A stretch of DNA of 64,000 bases, from NCBI GenBank assembly GCA_963662665.2, contig CAXXJS010000037.1, forward strand, positions 47,860 to 111,859. The letters run 5' to 3'. The DNA is from Candidatus Latescibacterota bacterium (GTDB lineage: Bacteria > Latescibacterota > UBA2968 > GCA-2709665). A model generated the notes under the pieces. It did not search any database and was not told the DNA's origin. It saw nothing but the letters and a program-made list of their open reading frames with translations. The number at the start of each line of letters is the position of its first letter. The stretch's first letter is position 1. Shown piece after piece: positions 40,131 through 49,380 of the stretch. Made by a program: the position numbers and the translations under genes.

Positions 40131-40480
40131 AGAGGGGAGCCGGGAGACGGGAGAGGAAAAACCTGAAAGCGGGGAGAGGGTAGAGGTGAGACGGGAGAAG
40201 ACGTCTTTGCCCGATTGGTTCTTCCTTTATGCCTCCGGCAAGAAATGAAACCGCACGAGGCAGGAAATCTCTCACGTCTTACGTCTCCCATCTCCCCCGG
40301 GGCATGGGTTCGGGTGGAGAAACGACCAGGCACTCATATCGTCTCACGTCTCCCCTATCACCGCTTCTGAGGGGCCGGGAGAGAGGTTCCGTCCGTATCG
40401 CCGACAGATTTCGCCAGTCCGTATCGATATCCGGTGAGCGACGGGTGATCATCTCCCCTCTCCCGTCTCACGTCTCCCCG
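40131..40480. repeat. Dispersed ~75-bp element copy 2 (40198-40272) embedded in inverted GAGACG/CGTCTC short repeats
   Basis: Core matches 23705-23780; gggagacgggagagg/gtgagacgggag upstream, ctcacgtcttacgtctccc and ctcccgtctcacgtctcccc downstream. Confidence 0.75.
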
Positions 40481-40544
40481 AATCAATTGACCGTGAAAAA
40501 CGAGAAGGGCGAATCAAGACGGTAGAAGAAGGACGAGACAAACC

Positions 40545-41141
40545 TTGACGGATTTTTCTCTTCAGATCCGCATGAATATCTCCGCCGGGGCGATTGGGAA
40601 GTTGCCCGACAACCCGTGTCCGGAGGGCTACTGTCTGCGTACGCTGAGACCCGGTGACGTGGATCATCTGCCCGAACTAATGGTGTCGGCCGGCGTGGGA
40701 TGGACCCCTTTCGACGCGCCGGGAATGGCGGAATACCTCGAGATGCCGGACCGGATCGACGGGTCGCACGTGGTAGAGGCCGGCGGGCAACTGACGGCGC
40801 TATGCTTCGCTACGCGTCGTGAGGACGTCGATCCGCCGTGGGGTCAACTCGACTACGTTTGCGTTCGTCCCGGCCACCGGGGCGCGGGACTCGGATTCAG
40901 GGTATGCGCCGCCGTTTTACAATATCAATATCGGCGCGGGTATCCCGAATCCACGTTGACAACGCTCCGGGTGACTCCCGACAATCTCCAACTCGCGGCT
41001 ATCAAAACGTACCTCAGCCTCGGTTTCCTTCCTGTGAAGGCCGAGCGCAATCAGAAGGTCTGTGAGACGGTGTACCGGGCGCTCGGTTTGCCGCTGCCGG
41101 TTGGCTGGTGGCCGTTCGCGTCGCCTTTTCCGCCCGTCTGA
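40545..41141 (+). CDS. GNAT family N-acetyltransferase
   Basis: LDYVCVRPGHRGAGLG acetyl-CoA motif; AAIKTYLSLGF. Confidence 0.82.
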   Translation: MTDFSLQIRMNISAGAIGKLPDNPCPEGYCLRTLRPGDVDHLPELMVSAGVGWTPFDAPGMAEYLEMPDRIDGSHVVEAGGQLTALCFATRREDVDPPWGQLDYVCVRPGHRGAGLGFRVCAAVLQYQYRRGYPESTLTTLRVTPDNLQLAAIKTYLSLGFLPVKAERNQKVCETVYRALGLPLPVGWWPFASPFPPV

Positions 41142-41379
41142 CAGAGATACGTGGGCGATGTCCCGTCCCATAACGATTCACGCAACGTCACGCCTTTCCG
41201 GATCTGCAATCCGGTCAGGCGTTTTCTGTTGTTGGAAACTGCGTTTCCCGCATCACGCCCGCTGCATTACCAACCCTCTCATACATGAGGGAAGGGAACG
41301 GAAAACACGGCGTCTCAATCTAACAGAACAGCCGCCAAGACTCTCAATCGTCGGACGCCGGGGGAAAACGGAGGCCCAT

Positions 41380-43812
41380 GTGAGACTAATTGTGTTTTTG
41401 GTTTTGTGCGTGTTGGCCGTGAATGTCAGCACACAGGTTCATGGAAAGGGTACGGTCCGGGGAACCGTGCGCGATGCGACGAACGGTGAGACGTTACCGA
41501 ACGCCAACGTTGTTGTCGACAGTTTGCGCATTGGCGTATCTACGGACAAGACCGGCTATTTTGTCATCGGGAATCTGCCGCCGGGTTCGCACACGGTTAC
41601 AGCCAGCTACATCGGATACGACAGTCGATCTCTCCCTGTCACGATCGAGTCGGTTGAGACAAGGCGAATCGTCATTGAACTCGATCCCGTTGAATTGACG
41701 GGCGAAGCGATCGAGGTTATAGGCGATCCGGTTGCGCCGACTGAAGTGACGCCGGTGAGCGCGTTCGGCACGCGCGTAACCGAACTGGCGCGCATTCCAA
41801 CCGTGGGACAGCCCGATCTTCTGCGGGGCATTCAACTCCTCCCGGGCGTTCAGGCGGGGAGTGAGAATTCCGCGGGGTTGTACGTGCGGGGTGGCACGCC
41901 CGGACAGAATCTGATTCTGCTGGACGACGTGGTTGTATATGACCCGAATCACCTGTTCGGGTTCTTCAGTACGTTCAATCCCGATGCATTGAAGGACGTG
42001 ACACTGATCAAGGGGACGTTTCCCGCGCGGTACGGCGACCGCCTGTCGAGTGTGCTGGATATAACAAACCTGGACGGCAACCGGAAAGCTCTGGATGCGC
42101 GAGCTTCCATGGATCTGATCAGCGCGGGGCTGACGGTTGGCGGGCCGGTGGGCGATCGCGGGTCCTGGATGCTGTCGGGGCGACGTACGTATCAGGAGGT
42201 ATTGGAATCGCCCCTTTTCAGTCACCTTGTTGACGAGATGTTCAGCACCCGAATCGGAACCATTGCCGCCAGCCCCGGCGCCGGCGGAGGTCCGGCCGGA
42301 TTCGGGGGACGGTTGGGCGGGGGACGGTTCGGAGGGACGCGATTCAATTTCCAGCAACAGACCGGCGACTTCGATCAGGACTACGGATTCTACGACGCGA
42401 ATTTCAAGCTGAACCTGGATGCGTCTGAAAACGACCGGATTTCGATTAGCGGATACTTTGGCAGCGATGCACTCGATCTATCCCTGCCCTCGTTCCGGGA
42501 GCAGACCCGCGATCAACTCATGGATTGGGGCAATCAGATCGCGCGGTTCAAGTGGATGCGCATCCATACCGACAATCTTATTGGCAACGTGCAGATATCG
42601 GCAAGCCGGTACAGATCGAACTTCGACGTCGCCACCAATCAGAACGCAGATGGGAGCGGGCAGGGCGGTGAGGGCCGGCCGGGCCGTGGATTCGGACTGA
42701 ATCGCAACAACGAGCTGAACGATCTGACGGCAAAGGCGACATTGGACTTTTATTCCGGACCGTATCACACCACGCGAATGGGCGCCCAGCTTACGGCCTA
42801 CGACGCATTCTACAGGCAGGGGGTGGGCGATTCCGTCCGTACGGGAATCAATACCTCGTCGCTGTATCAGACGGGTTTCCTGGAGCACGCGATGCGCCTG
42901 GGTCGTCTTGAACTGACGCCGGGAATCCGCGTGAGTCACTTCAATAGCGGCAGCTACACCCGGTGGTCGCCTCGCGCGACGGGCCTGTTCCAGGTGGATG
43001 AGAGAGTCGCGTTCAAGGGGGGTTGGGGCATTTACCACCAGTTCGTCAACCTGATTTCAATAGAAGCCAACACGTATACGACGGATATGTGGCTGCCGGT
43101 GGATGAGACCCTCACACCCGGCAAAGCCGTACACAGCGCGTTCGGTCTCATGTTGACGCCCAGCGACGCGTGGCAGGTCGATCTGGAGTTTTACCAAAAG
43201 GGCCTGGAGGACCTCGTGGAGTTTCAGTCGCAGGTGCGTCTGGACGATTCAACCCCTCTCTCAGACCTGTTTGCAACCGGAACGGGTAAGTCCTACGGCG
43301 GTGAGGTCCTGCTTCGGAAGACGGAAGGGCGTTTGACGGGATGGATTGGATATACGTTGAGCAAGACGGAACACACCTTTCCAGAATTGAACCAGGGCGA
43401 CCCGTTTCCGCCGAAGTACGATCGGCGTCATGACGTGTCCCTGGTGACCGACCTTTACCTGGGCAAAGGCTGGAACCTGAACGCAAACTGGGTGTATGGT
43501 ACGGGACAGGCATACACGATTCCGGAGGCGCGTTATGAGGTGCAGCAGCCCACGGGCCAGACCATTCCCTACGTCCATGTTTCGGAAAAGAACGCGTACC
43601 GCCTGCCGGCCTATCATCGGATGGATCTGGGCGTCACGCGCGCGCTGAATCTGGGCGGCGTGGAAGGGAAACTGGTATTCAGCGTATTCAACGTCTACAA
43701 CCGGCGTAACGTATGGTACCGCTCGTTTGACGCGACCGAGCCGGAGATCCTGGTACAGGATGTGTTATTGCAGCCCATATTGCCGAGTGTCGGTCTACGA
43801 TTCAATATGTAA
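41380..43812 (+). CDS. TonB-dependent outer membrane receptor with N-terminal carboxypeptidase-regulatory-like domain
   Basis: GGAGG RBS + GTG; VRGTVRDATNGETLP, LLPGVQ, YVRGG..QNLILLD, YDRRH, RLPAYHRMD, C-terminal RFNM. Confidence 0.92.
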   Translation: MRLIVFLVLCVLAVNVSTQVHGKGTVRGTVRDATNGETLPNANVVVDSLRIGVSTDKTGYFVIGNLPPGSHTVTASYIGYDSRSLPVTIESVETRRIVIELDPVELTGEAIEVIGDPVAPTEVTPVSAFGTRVTELARIPTVGQPDLLRGIQLLPGVQAGSENSAGLYVRGGTPGQNLILLDDVVVYDPNHLFGFFSTFNPDALKDVTLIKGTFPARYGDRLSSVLDITNLDGNRKALDARASMDLISAGLTVGGPVGDRGSWMLSGRRTYQEVLESPLFSHLVDEMFSTRIGTIAASPGAGGGPAGFGGRLGGGRFGGTRFNFQQQTGDFDQDYGFYDANFKLNLDASENDRISISGYFGSDALDLSLPSFREQTRDQLMDWGNQIARFKWMRIHTDNLIGNVQISASRYRSNFDVATNQNADGSGQGGEGRPGRGFGLNRNNELNDLTAKATLDFYSGPYHTTRMGAQLTAYDAFYRQGVGDSVRTGINTSSLYQTGFLEHAMRLGRLELTPGIRVSHFNSGSYTRWSPRATGLFQVDERVAFKGGWGIYHQFVNLISIEANTYTTDMWLPVDETLTPGKAVHSAFGLMLTPSDAWQVDLEFYQKGLEDLVEFQSQVRLDDSTPLSDLFATGTGKSYGGEVLLRKTEGRLTGWIGYTLSKTEHTFPELNQGDPFPPKYDRRHDVSLVTDLYLGKGWNLNANWVYGTGQAYTIPEARYEVQQPTGQTIPYVHVSEKNAYRLPAYHRMDLGVTRALNLGGVEGKLVFSVFNVYNRRNVWYRSFDATEPEILVQDVLLQPILPSVGLRFNM

Positions 43813-43835
43813 GACTGCCGGCGGAGGAATTCCAC

Positions 43836-44672
43836 ATGATCAAATTGCGATTGATTCAATGTCTGGCCATTGTTATTGGGTCCGGTGCGTGCAGTACGGC
43901 GCCGACGGAGTCGCTGGGAGAGTTTCGTGAGACGGTTCTCATCGAAGGTTATCTTCAAGCGGGAAGCAGCGTCTCCGGATTATTCGTGGGCACCACGATG
44001 CCGCTTTCGAGCGAATACGATCGTGACGCCAGCGCGCTTTCCGATGCAAACGTTGCGATAACGGTGGATGGTGCGACGCATTTACTATCTCCGGTGGCGG
44101 ACAAGCCCGGTACGTACCATCAACCGGACCTGATCGTCGAATCCGGCAAGACATACCATCTGTCGGTTACGACAGGATTGGGGACGGTGACCGCGCAGAC
44201 ATCCGTTCCGCACCCGCCCCGGGCTTTGGGGCCGCCCGCGTTGTATATCGGCGGTGATCCGTATCGGGTGACGTGGGAGGGCGAGACAAACGGCGGTTAC
44301 GTTACCTCCAGGCAGGTCGTGGAACTTCTGGAGCGAATTCCGCCGGAGAACCAGTTCGGCGGCGGGCGATTTGGCGGCGGCTTTGGCGGGACGATTGACA
44401 CCACTGGATTTGGCGCGCTTAGGGACAGCATCGCACGGGCGGACCAGTGGCGGTTCCTGCAAGGGCAATCCCAGACCCTGAATCCCATTCAGTTTTCATA
44501 TTATGGAACCTACTCGCTTCTTGTCTTTGCCCTCGACGAGAACTACGGGGATTTTCTGATCTCGAGCCAGCAGGATGAGGCAACCCTGGACGAGCCCCGA
44601 TTTCACGTGAAGGGCGGAATCGGGGTGTTTGCTTCCATGGCCGCGGATTCCGTCGAGTTCAAGGTGGAATGA
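43836..44672 (+). CDS. Lipoprotein partner of the TonB receptor (DUF4249-like)
   Basis: Lipobox GSGAC, VLIEGYL, GKTYHLSV, HVKGGIGVFAS. Confidence 0.78.
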   Translation: MIKLRLIQCLAIVIGSGACSTAPTESLGEFRETVLIEGYLQAGSSVSGLFVGTTMPLSSEYDRDASALSDANVAITVDGATHLLSPVADKPGTYHQPDLIVESGKTYHLSVTTGLGTVTAQTSVPHPPRALGPPALYIGGDPYRVTWEGETNGGYVTSRQVVELLERIPPENQFGGGRFGGGFGGTIDTTGFGALRDSIARADQWRFLQGQSQTLNPIQFSYYGTYSLLVFALDENYGDFLISSQQDEATLDEPRFHVKGGIGVFASMAADSVEFKVE

Positions 44673-44746
44673 CCCTGCGGGCGATCGTCAAGCCCTTGAG
44701 ATTCCTTCAACGATCCACGCCGAGTAGCCCGGAAACGCCACCCCGC

Positions 44747-44775
44747 TTGACAGGGACAGGCTGCCGGGCTATATT
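44747..44775 (+). promoter_or_regulatory. ssrA promoter
   Basis: TTGACA 44747-44752, 17 nt, TATATT 44770-44775. Confidence 0.75.
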
Positions 44776-44823
44776 TTCAACGGCTCGGGCGACCAGGCGG
44801 CCCGGGACAGAGCACTACCGTGT

Positions 44824-45183
44824 GGGGGCGACCTGGATTCGACGGGGGTGGAGAGGCGATGGCTGCGTGTCGAGGTCCCATGTCCTCGTTAAACTGTGGG
44901 AACACTATATAATTGCGGACGATACGTACGCAATGGCTGCGTAACTAAAACGCAGTCCGTTCTGACGGGCTTCGCCTGCAGGGCCCGACCGGAGCGCCGA
45001 CTTATGCGGGCTGGCTCGTGGACCTCCGTTCGAGGGTCCGTGAGCGAGAGCTTATCGAACTGGCGCGTTGGCAACCCCGTTTACCGGGGCGCCCGCGCGT
45101 GAGATTCAAAAGGTAAACTACACACGTAGACGCTGTCGTTGATTTGCTTTCGGACGCGGGTTCGATTCCCGCCGCCTCCACCA
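44824..45183 (+). ncRNA. ssrA: tmRNA, tag peptide (A)ADDTYAMAA*
   Basis: 5' GGGGGCGACCTGGATTCGAC; 3' GGGTTCGATTCCCGCCGCCTCCACCA; G3.U acceptor pair; ATAATT upstream of the resume codon GCG 44915, stop at 44944. Confidence 0.96.
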
Positions 45184-45508
45184 TATAATCCGCTCCATCA
45201 ATTGCCTGCAAACTATCGATCAGATAGACAATAGAGGCTCCCGATTGATTCGCGCAAATTGCGAATCGTCTGCCGTACCAGGCAGAACCCCCCGAGTTGA
45301 GACGGGTAGCCGTCCAGCACACTCCCCCGCCCCGCCGCGCGAATCTCTACCAGACACGCTTACCTGTCGCAGTCTTGAATTTACGACTTCCGTACCGGGA
45401 AGACGCAGTTGGACTGCGGAAATCCGCATACCGCGGCAGCGAAACGCCGTCCCACGACTGGCAACTCGTTCGAGTGAGGAACAGCAAAGCCAGTACGGAT
45501 ACGATCTC

Positions 45509-46885
45509 ATGAGAACGCTCTTACCGAAGACGCCGCGGGTCACCCGCGTCATTTTCTCGAGACGCGGGCGCAGCGACCTCCGCAGTCTGGGGGCTTTGCG
45601 GCGGCTTCGAACGTGTGGATGGGTGGTGCTGGCCCTCGCTACCGTTAGCGGGTGCCGCACCGAGGAAAACGCGTCCGTAGCCACCACGTCCGAATGCGTG
45701 TCCTGCCATCGGGAAGTGACGCCAAGTATCGTCAAGGACTGGGAATTGAGCCAGCACAGGGTAAGGGGCGTGGACTGCGCGATGTGTCACGGATCCGGGC
45801 ATCGTTCTGCAGAGGACGTCGCGCTTGTCAAGACCGCCACGCCCGAGGTCTGCGGGACCTGCCACCCGGTGCAGACCGACCAGTTCAAGGCAGGCAAGCA
45901 CGCGTTGGCCTGGGCCAGCATGGTGGCCATGCCCACGACCCACTGGCTACCCATGGCGCTTACCGGCGGCATGAAGGGCTGTGGAGGTTGCCATCAGGTC
46001 GGGATAAAGAGCGAGGAGGAGATTCGCCAGTTGAAGGATGAAGGCATCCGGTTTGGTCTGGCTTCCTGCGACGCCTGTCACACCAGGCACCTCTTCTCCG
46101 TCAAGGAAGCGCGAGAGCCTCAAGCTTGTCGAACCTGCCATATGGGAATGGACCATCCCCAGTGGGAGATGTATTCTTCGTCGAAGCACGGTGTCAGGCA
46201 TGCCCTCAAACAGAGCGGAACGTTGCCCGCAGAAGCCGCGGCGCCAACCTGCCAGACGTGTCACATGCCCAAAGGGGACCACGAAGTGCGGACGGCCTGG
46301 GGGTTCCTCGCCGTCCGGCTGCCCTTGCCGGAGGACGAACAGTGGGCGGCCGACCGCGCGACCATTCTAACGGCCCTTGGCGTGTTGGACCCGCAGGGGA
46401 ATCCAACGGCGCGGCTCGACGTTGTGAGGAAGGCCGACGTCGCCCGGCTCACCCAGGAGGACTGGCAACGGGAGAGGGACCGGATGGCCAGGATCTGTGA
46501 GCAGTGTCACTCTGCCAATCTCGTCAAGGCCGAGTTGAAGAAGGGCGACGAGATGATCCGCGAGTCGGACCGGCTGCTTGCCGAGGCCATTCGCATCATC
46601 GCAGGTTTGTACAGGGACGGGATCCTGCGCAAGCCGGGCCACTACGCGTTCGACTATCCGGACCTGCTGGCATTCCATGACGCGCCAACGGTCATTGAAC
46701 AGAGACTTTTCAAGATGCACCTGGAACACCGGATGAGGGCATTTCAGGGGACGTTCCACAACAACCCCGATTACGCGCTCTGGTACGGCTGGAGCGAGAT
46801 GCTTCAGGATCTGACCGAGATCAGGACGCTGGCGGAAGAGATGCGCAGAAACCACCATCGGATGCCCCGGGACCCATACGAGTGA
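45509..46885 (+). CDS. Octaheme c-type cytochrome, hydroxylamine oxidoreductase (HAO) family
   Basis: Eight CxxCH motifs (CVSCH, CAMCH, CGTCH, CGGCH, CDACH, CRTCH, CQTCH, CEQCH); HTRHLFS, HMGMDHPQWEMY..SKHG, FHNNPDY; start uncertain. Confidence 0.88.
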   Translation: MRTLLPKTPRVTRVIFSRRGRSDLRSLGALRRLRTCGWVVLALATVSGCRTEENASVATTSECVSCHREVTPSIVKDWELSQHRVRGVDCAMCHGSGHRSAEDVALVKTATPEVCGTCHPVQTDQFKAGKHALAWASMVAMPTTHWLPMALTGGMKGCGGCHQVGIKSEEEIRQLKDEGIRFGLASCDACHTRHLFSVKEAREPQACRTCHMGMDHPQWEMYSSSKHGVRHALKQSGTLPAEAAAPTCQTCHMPKGDHEVRTAWGFLAVRLPLPEDEQWAADRATILTALGVLDPQGNPTARLDVVRKADVARLTQEDWQRERDRMARICEQCHSANLVKAELKKGDEMIRESDRLLAEAIRIIAGLYRDGILRKPGHYAFDYPDLLAFHDAPTVIEQRLFKMHLEHRMRAFQGTFHNNPDYALWYGWSEMLQDLTEIRTLAEEMRRNHHRMPRDPYE

Positions 46886-47499
46886 CCGATTTCGCCATCA
46901 TCCTGAGTATCCTGGCTCTCGCAACCCTCGGCGTGATCGGCTTTCTCGTTCGACGTCCCGGATTGACGTCCAATCTGGGGGGAAAGGTCCTCGCGTTCCT
47001 CGCGCTTTGCCTCCTGCCGGGGCTCCTGTTGCTTGGGGGCGCCGACCGCCATTACGAGCAGGCCAAGACGACGACGTTCTGTGTTTCCTGTCACGTGATC
47101 GAGCCCTACGCCGAAAGTCTCCTGATAGACCATCCGCGCTTCGTTCCCGCGGCGCATTTTCAGAACAGGCGGATACCCGCCGAACGGGCATGTTATACCT
47201 GCCACACCAACTACACGATGTTCGGCGACGTGGATGACAAGATCAGAGGCGTGCGGCACGTATGGCACGCCGTGTTGGGTACAGGGTCCGACCCGGTCAG
47301 GATCTACAGTCCGTTCAAGAATCTCGCCTGTCTGACGTGCCACAACGGCGCCCGCTCCTACGAGGAGCATGTTGCCCATATCCCGTTCCTGAAGCAAATG
47401 ACGGAAGGCAAGACGTCATGCCTGATGTGCCACAACCTGATTCACGAGGTCGACAAACTGGACCGGTTCCCAAGGTGGGATCCGGTGTCGGCACGATGA
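46882..47499 (+). CDS. NapC/NirT-family membrane-anchored tetraheme cytochrome c
   Basis: Two N-terminal TM helices; TTTFCVSCH, CYTCH, CLTCH, CLMCH; GTGA overlap with the upstream stop. Confidence 0.85.
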   Translation: MTDFAIILSILALATLGVIGFLVRRPGLTSNLGGKVLAFLALCLLPGLLLLGGADRHYEQAKTTTFCVSCHVIEPYAESLLIDHPRFVPAAHFQNRRIPAERACYTCHTNYTMFGDVDDKIRGVRHVWHAVLGTGSDPVRIYSPFKNLACLTCHNGARSYEEHVAHIPFLKQMTEGKTSCLMCHNLIHEVDKLDRFPRWDPVSAR

Positions 47500-47750
47500 G
47501 CCGGCTTCGGATACCGGGCTTGCGGGCCGGATTCGAGGGACGCCTGCAGGTGTCGGGGCTCCTGATCGCTACGGGTCTGGTTGTAGAACTCGTCACGCTG
47601 TTCTGGAACCATCCGGTTTCGCTGTTCCTTTTCCTGTTCCCGGGATCGGTTCTGTTGGGCGCCGGCATACTGCTTTTCCTGTGGTCGGTCGTAACTAGGA
47701 CCGAGGGTACGCGTTCGAAGGAATCCAGCCGAAAGCAAGACGCGCGTTGA
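47496..47750 (+). CDS. Small two-TM membrane protein
   Basis: ATGA overlap with the NapC-like stop; two hydrophobic segments. Confidence 0.65.
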   Translation: MSRLRIPGLRAGFEGRLQVSGLLIATGLVVELVTLFWNHPVSLFLFLFPGSVLLGAGILLFLWSVVTRTEGTRSKESSRKQDAR

Positions 47751-47764
47751 CCGAAGGGACGATG

Positions 47765-47785
47765 GGGTTCGATTCCCGCCGCCTC
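47765..47785 (+). repeat. Copy of the tmRNA 3' end (att-site scar 1)
   Basis: gggttcgattcccgccgcctc is identical to 45158-45178. Confidence 0.85.
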
Positions 47786-47895
47786 AGACAGAGCTATCAG
47801 CTATAAGCTTTCAGTTGTCAGCTAAAACCGATTGGCGATATGGCCAGGCGAGATCAATTGCCGATAACAACGCCATTATGTGGGCGACTCTGAGA

Positions 47896-47980
47896 GTTCC
47901 CCCTTCCTCTCAGGAAGGGGGGTAGGTCTCGCAGGTGTTGCCAGAGCTGTTTTTCTTCTTCTGTCATCTGATATCGCATA
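47896..47980 (-). pseudogene. DUF559/Vsr-like endonuclease N-terminal remnant fused to a hairpin-repeat arm
   Basis: MRYQMTEEEKQLWQHLR runs directly into gagacctacccccc...ggaagggggaac, the same arm as at 33811 and 59632. Confidence 0.6.
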
Positions 47981-48050
47981 CCCGGAGGAATTATTCTGAT
48001 GCATTTCAAAGCCGTTATTGGACAGGTGTGATATAAAGTAATTCCTTTAA

Positions 48051-48158
48051 TTCGCAAAATTTGTGAAAATTCCGCATTATATTATATCAAAATCCCCTTG
48101 AAGTTTCGAACTCTCGTCAGTATACTATATTTACAGAATTTCGTAAATTACGTGAAAA
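48051..48158 (+). promoter_or_regulatory. abiE promoter with two related palindromes
   Basis: TTGAAG 48098-48103, 17 nt, TATACT 48121-48126; ttcgcaaaatttgtgaa (48051-48067) and tttcgtaaattacgtgaaa (48139-48157). Confidence 0.65.
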
Positions 48159-48177
48159 ATAGACATTAGAATATACC

Positions 48178-48990
48178 ATGAACCCCATCGAATCCACGCT
48201 CCCCGCACCACGCCGCCGTCTTGTCGCCGTTCTGAACAAGGCGGGCGATATCGTGCGCATTGATGATGCCGAAACCGTTCTGGATATCTCACGTAGCGAA
48301 GCCGCGAAACTGCTATGGCGTTGGATGAAGCAGGGCTGGCTACGCCGGGTCGGACGCGGTGTCTATCTTCCCGTGCCAGTTGAAATGCTCGCCAGCACCC
48401 ATGTTCTTGACGATCCGTGGATACTGGTACCTGGCCTGTTTGGTCCTGCCTACATTGGGGGGCGCAGCGCCGCAGAGCATTGGGACCTCACCGAGCAGAT
48501 TTTCAACGACGTCGTTGTCCTGTCGGCACGGCCGGTGCGTCGAAAGTTTCCGCGGCACCACGGCGTGCGGTTCAGTCTCAAACACATCAGGGAAGACAGA
48601 ATCTTTGGCACCAGGGCTATCTGGCGCGGTAACAGCAAGATCCTGATCTCCGACGTTCATCGCACGATAATTGACATGCTGGATGATACGGCCCTGGGCG
48701 GCGGAATCCAGCATGTTGCCGATTGCCTGTCGGTCTATCTCACATCCGCAAACCGAGACGATGACACGCTTCTCAGCTATGCTTCGCGTCTCGGCAACGG
48801 CGCGGTATTCAAGCGCCTTGGTTTTCTTGCAGAACGTCATCCCGATTGCGCCGCGCTGGTCGAGCCTTGCCGGGAACGCCTCACCAAAGGTCATGCCAAA
48901 CTGGATCCGGCCCTTGAGTCGCCGCGCCTGATCACCAGGTGGAAACTCCGGGTTCCCGACACCTGGATCAAGGCGAACGCCGGTGATTGA
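48178..48990 (+). CDS. Type IV TA AbiEi-family antitoxin (wHTH)
   Basis: WMKQGWLRRVGRGVY, AYIGGRSAAEHWDLTEQI, ISDVHRTIIDMLD, AVFKRLGFL. Confidence 0.85.
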   Translation: MNPIESTLPAPRRRLVAVLNKAGDIVRIDDAETVLDISRSEAAKLLWRWMKQGWLRRVGRGVYLPVPVEMLASTHVLDDPWILVPGLFGPAYIGGRSAAEHWDLTEQIFNDVVVLSARPVRRKFPRHHGVRFSLKHIREDRIFGTRAIWRGNSKILISDVHRTIIDMLDDTALGGGIQHVADCLSVYLTSANRDDDTLLSYASRLGNGAVFKRLGFLAERHPDCAALVEPCRERLTKGHAKLDPALESPRLITRWKLRVPDTWIKANAGD

Positions 48991-49380
48991 TCGCCGTGAA
49001 ATCATCCGTATTGCGGGTAACAAATTGCCGCCGGTGAATCCGTGCTTCGCACGCGTACACTACATCTGCCCGTATCGTAGAAATCACAGGCGTACCTTGA
49101 AGTCATCCGATTCGCTGCCGCGAATCGCCTTTGCATGGATCTACTTTATCAGGACGAGACCCGAGGAATCGAACCCTATTCGCTCAGGTCCACCGAGGAC
49201 GGCGATATCATCCTGCATGCCTCCGACATTCGAAAATCCGGCCACCGCAGCTATCGGATTGACCGCATTCAGGACGCCAGAGCCACCCGTGAGACATTCG
49301 TCCCACGCTACTCGGCGGAGCTCGCGCCTCAGGTCCCCTCGATTCCCAGACCATCGCAAAAGGATAAACTACACACGTAA
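48983..49380 (+). pseudogene. AbiEii toxin-WYL fusion remnant (nucleotidyltransferase core deleted)
   Basis: AbiEii-like start MIDRREII overlapping the antitoxin stop; about 40 nt later, in another frame with a TAG at 49078, a WYL domain LEVIRFAAANRLCMDLLYQ..RGIEPYSLR...RSYRIDRI. Confidence 0.72.

Noticed and set aside
45245-45258. FNR-like box ttgattcgcgcaaa upstream of the cytochrome operon
   Set aside because: Only one half-site matches TTGAT-N4-ATCAA; too weak to call.
44669-45322. Short ORFs of 61-106 aa overlapping 44824-45183
   Set aside because: They are shadows of the tmRNA; only the tag frame ADDTYAMAA is meaningful.
45509-46885. Evidence of ammonia oxidation or anammox
   Set aside because: No amo, cycA or hzs context, and the C-terminal motif resembles non-cross-linked reductive homologues.
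47757-47790. Possible tRNA gene (GGTTCGATTCCC T-arm)
   Set aside because: No D or anticodon arm and no 5' acceptor strand; it is a fragment of the ssrA 3' end.
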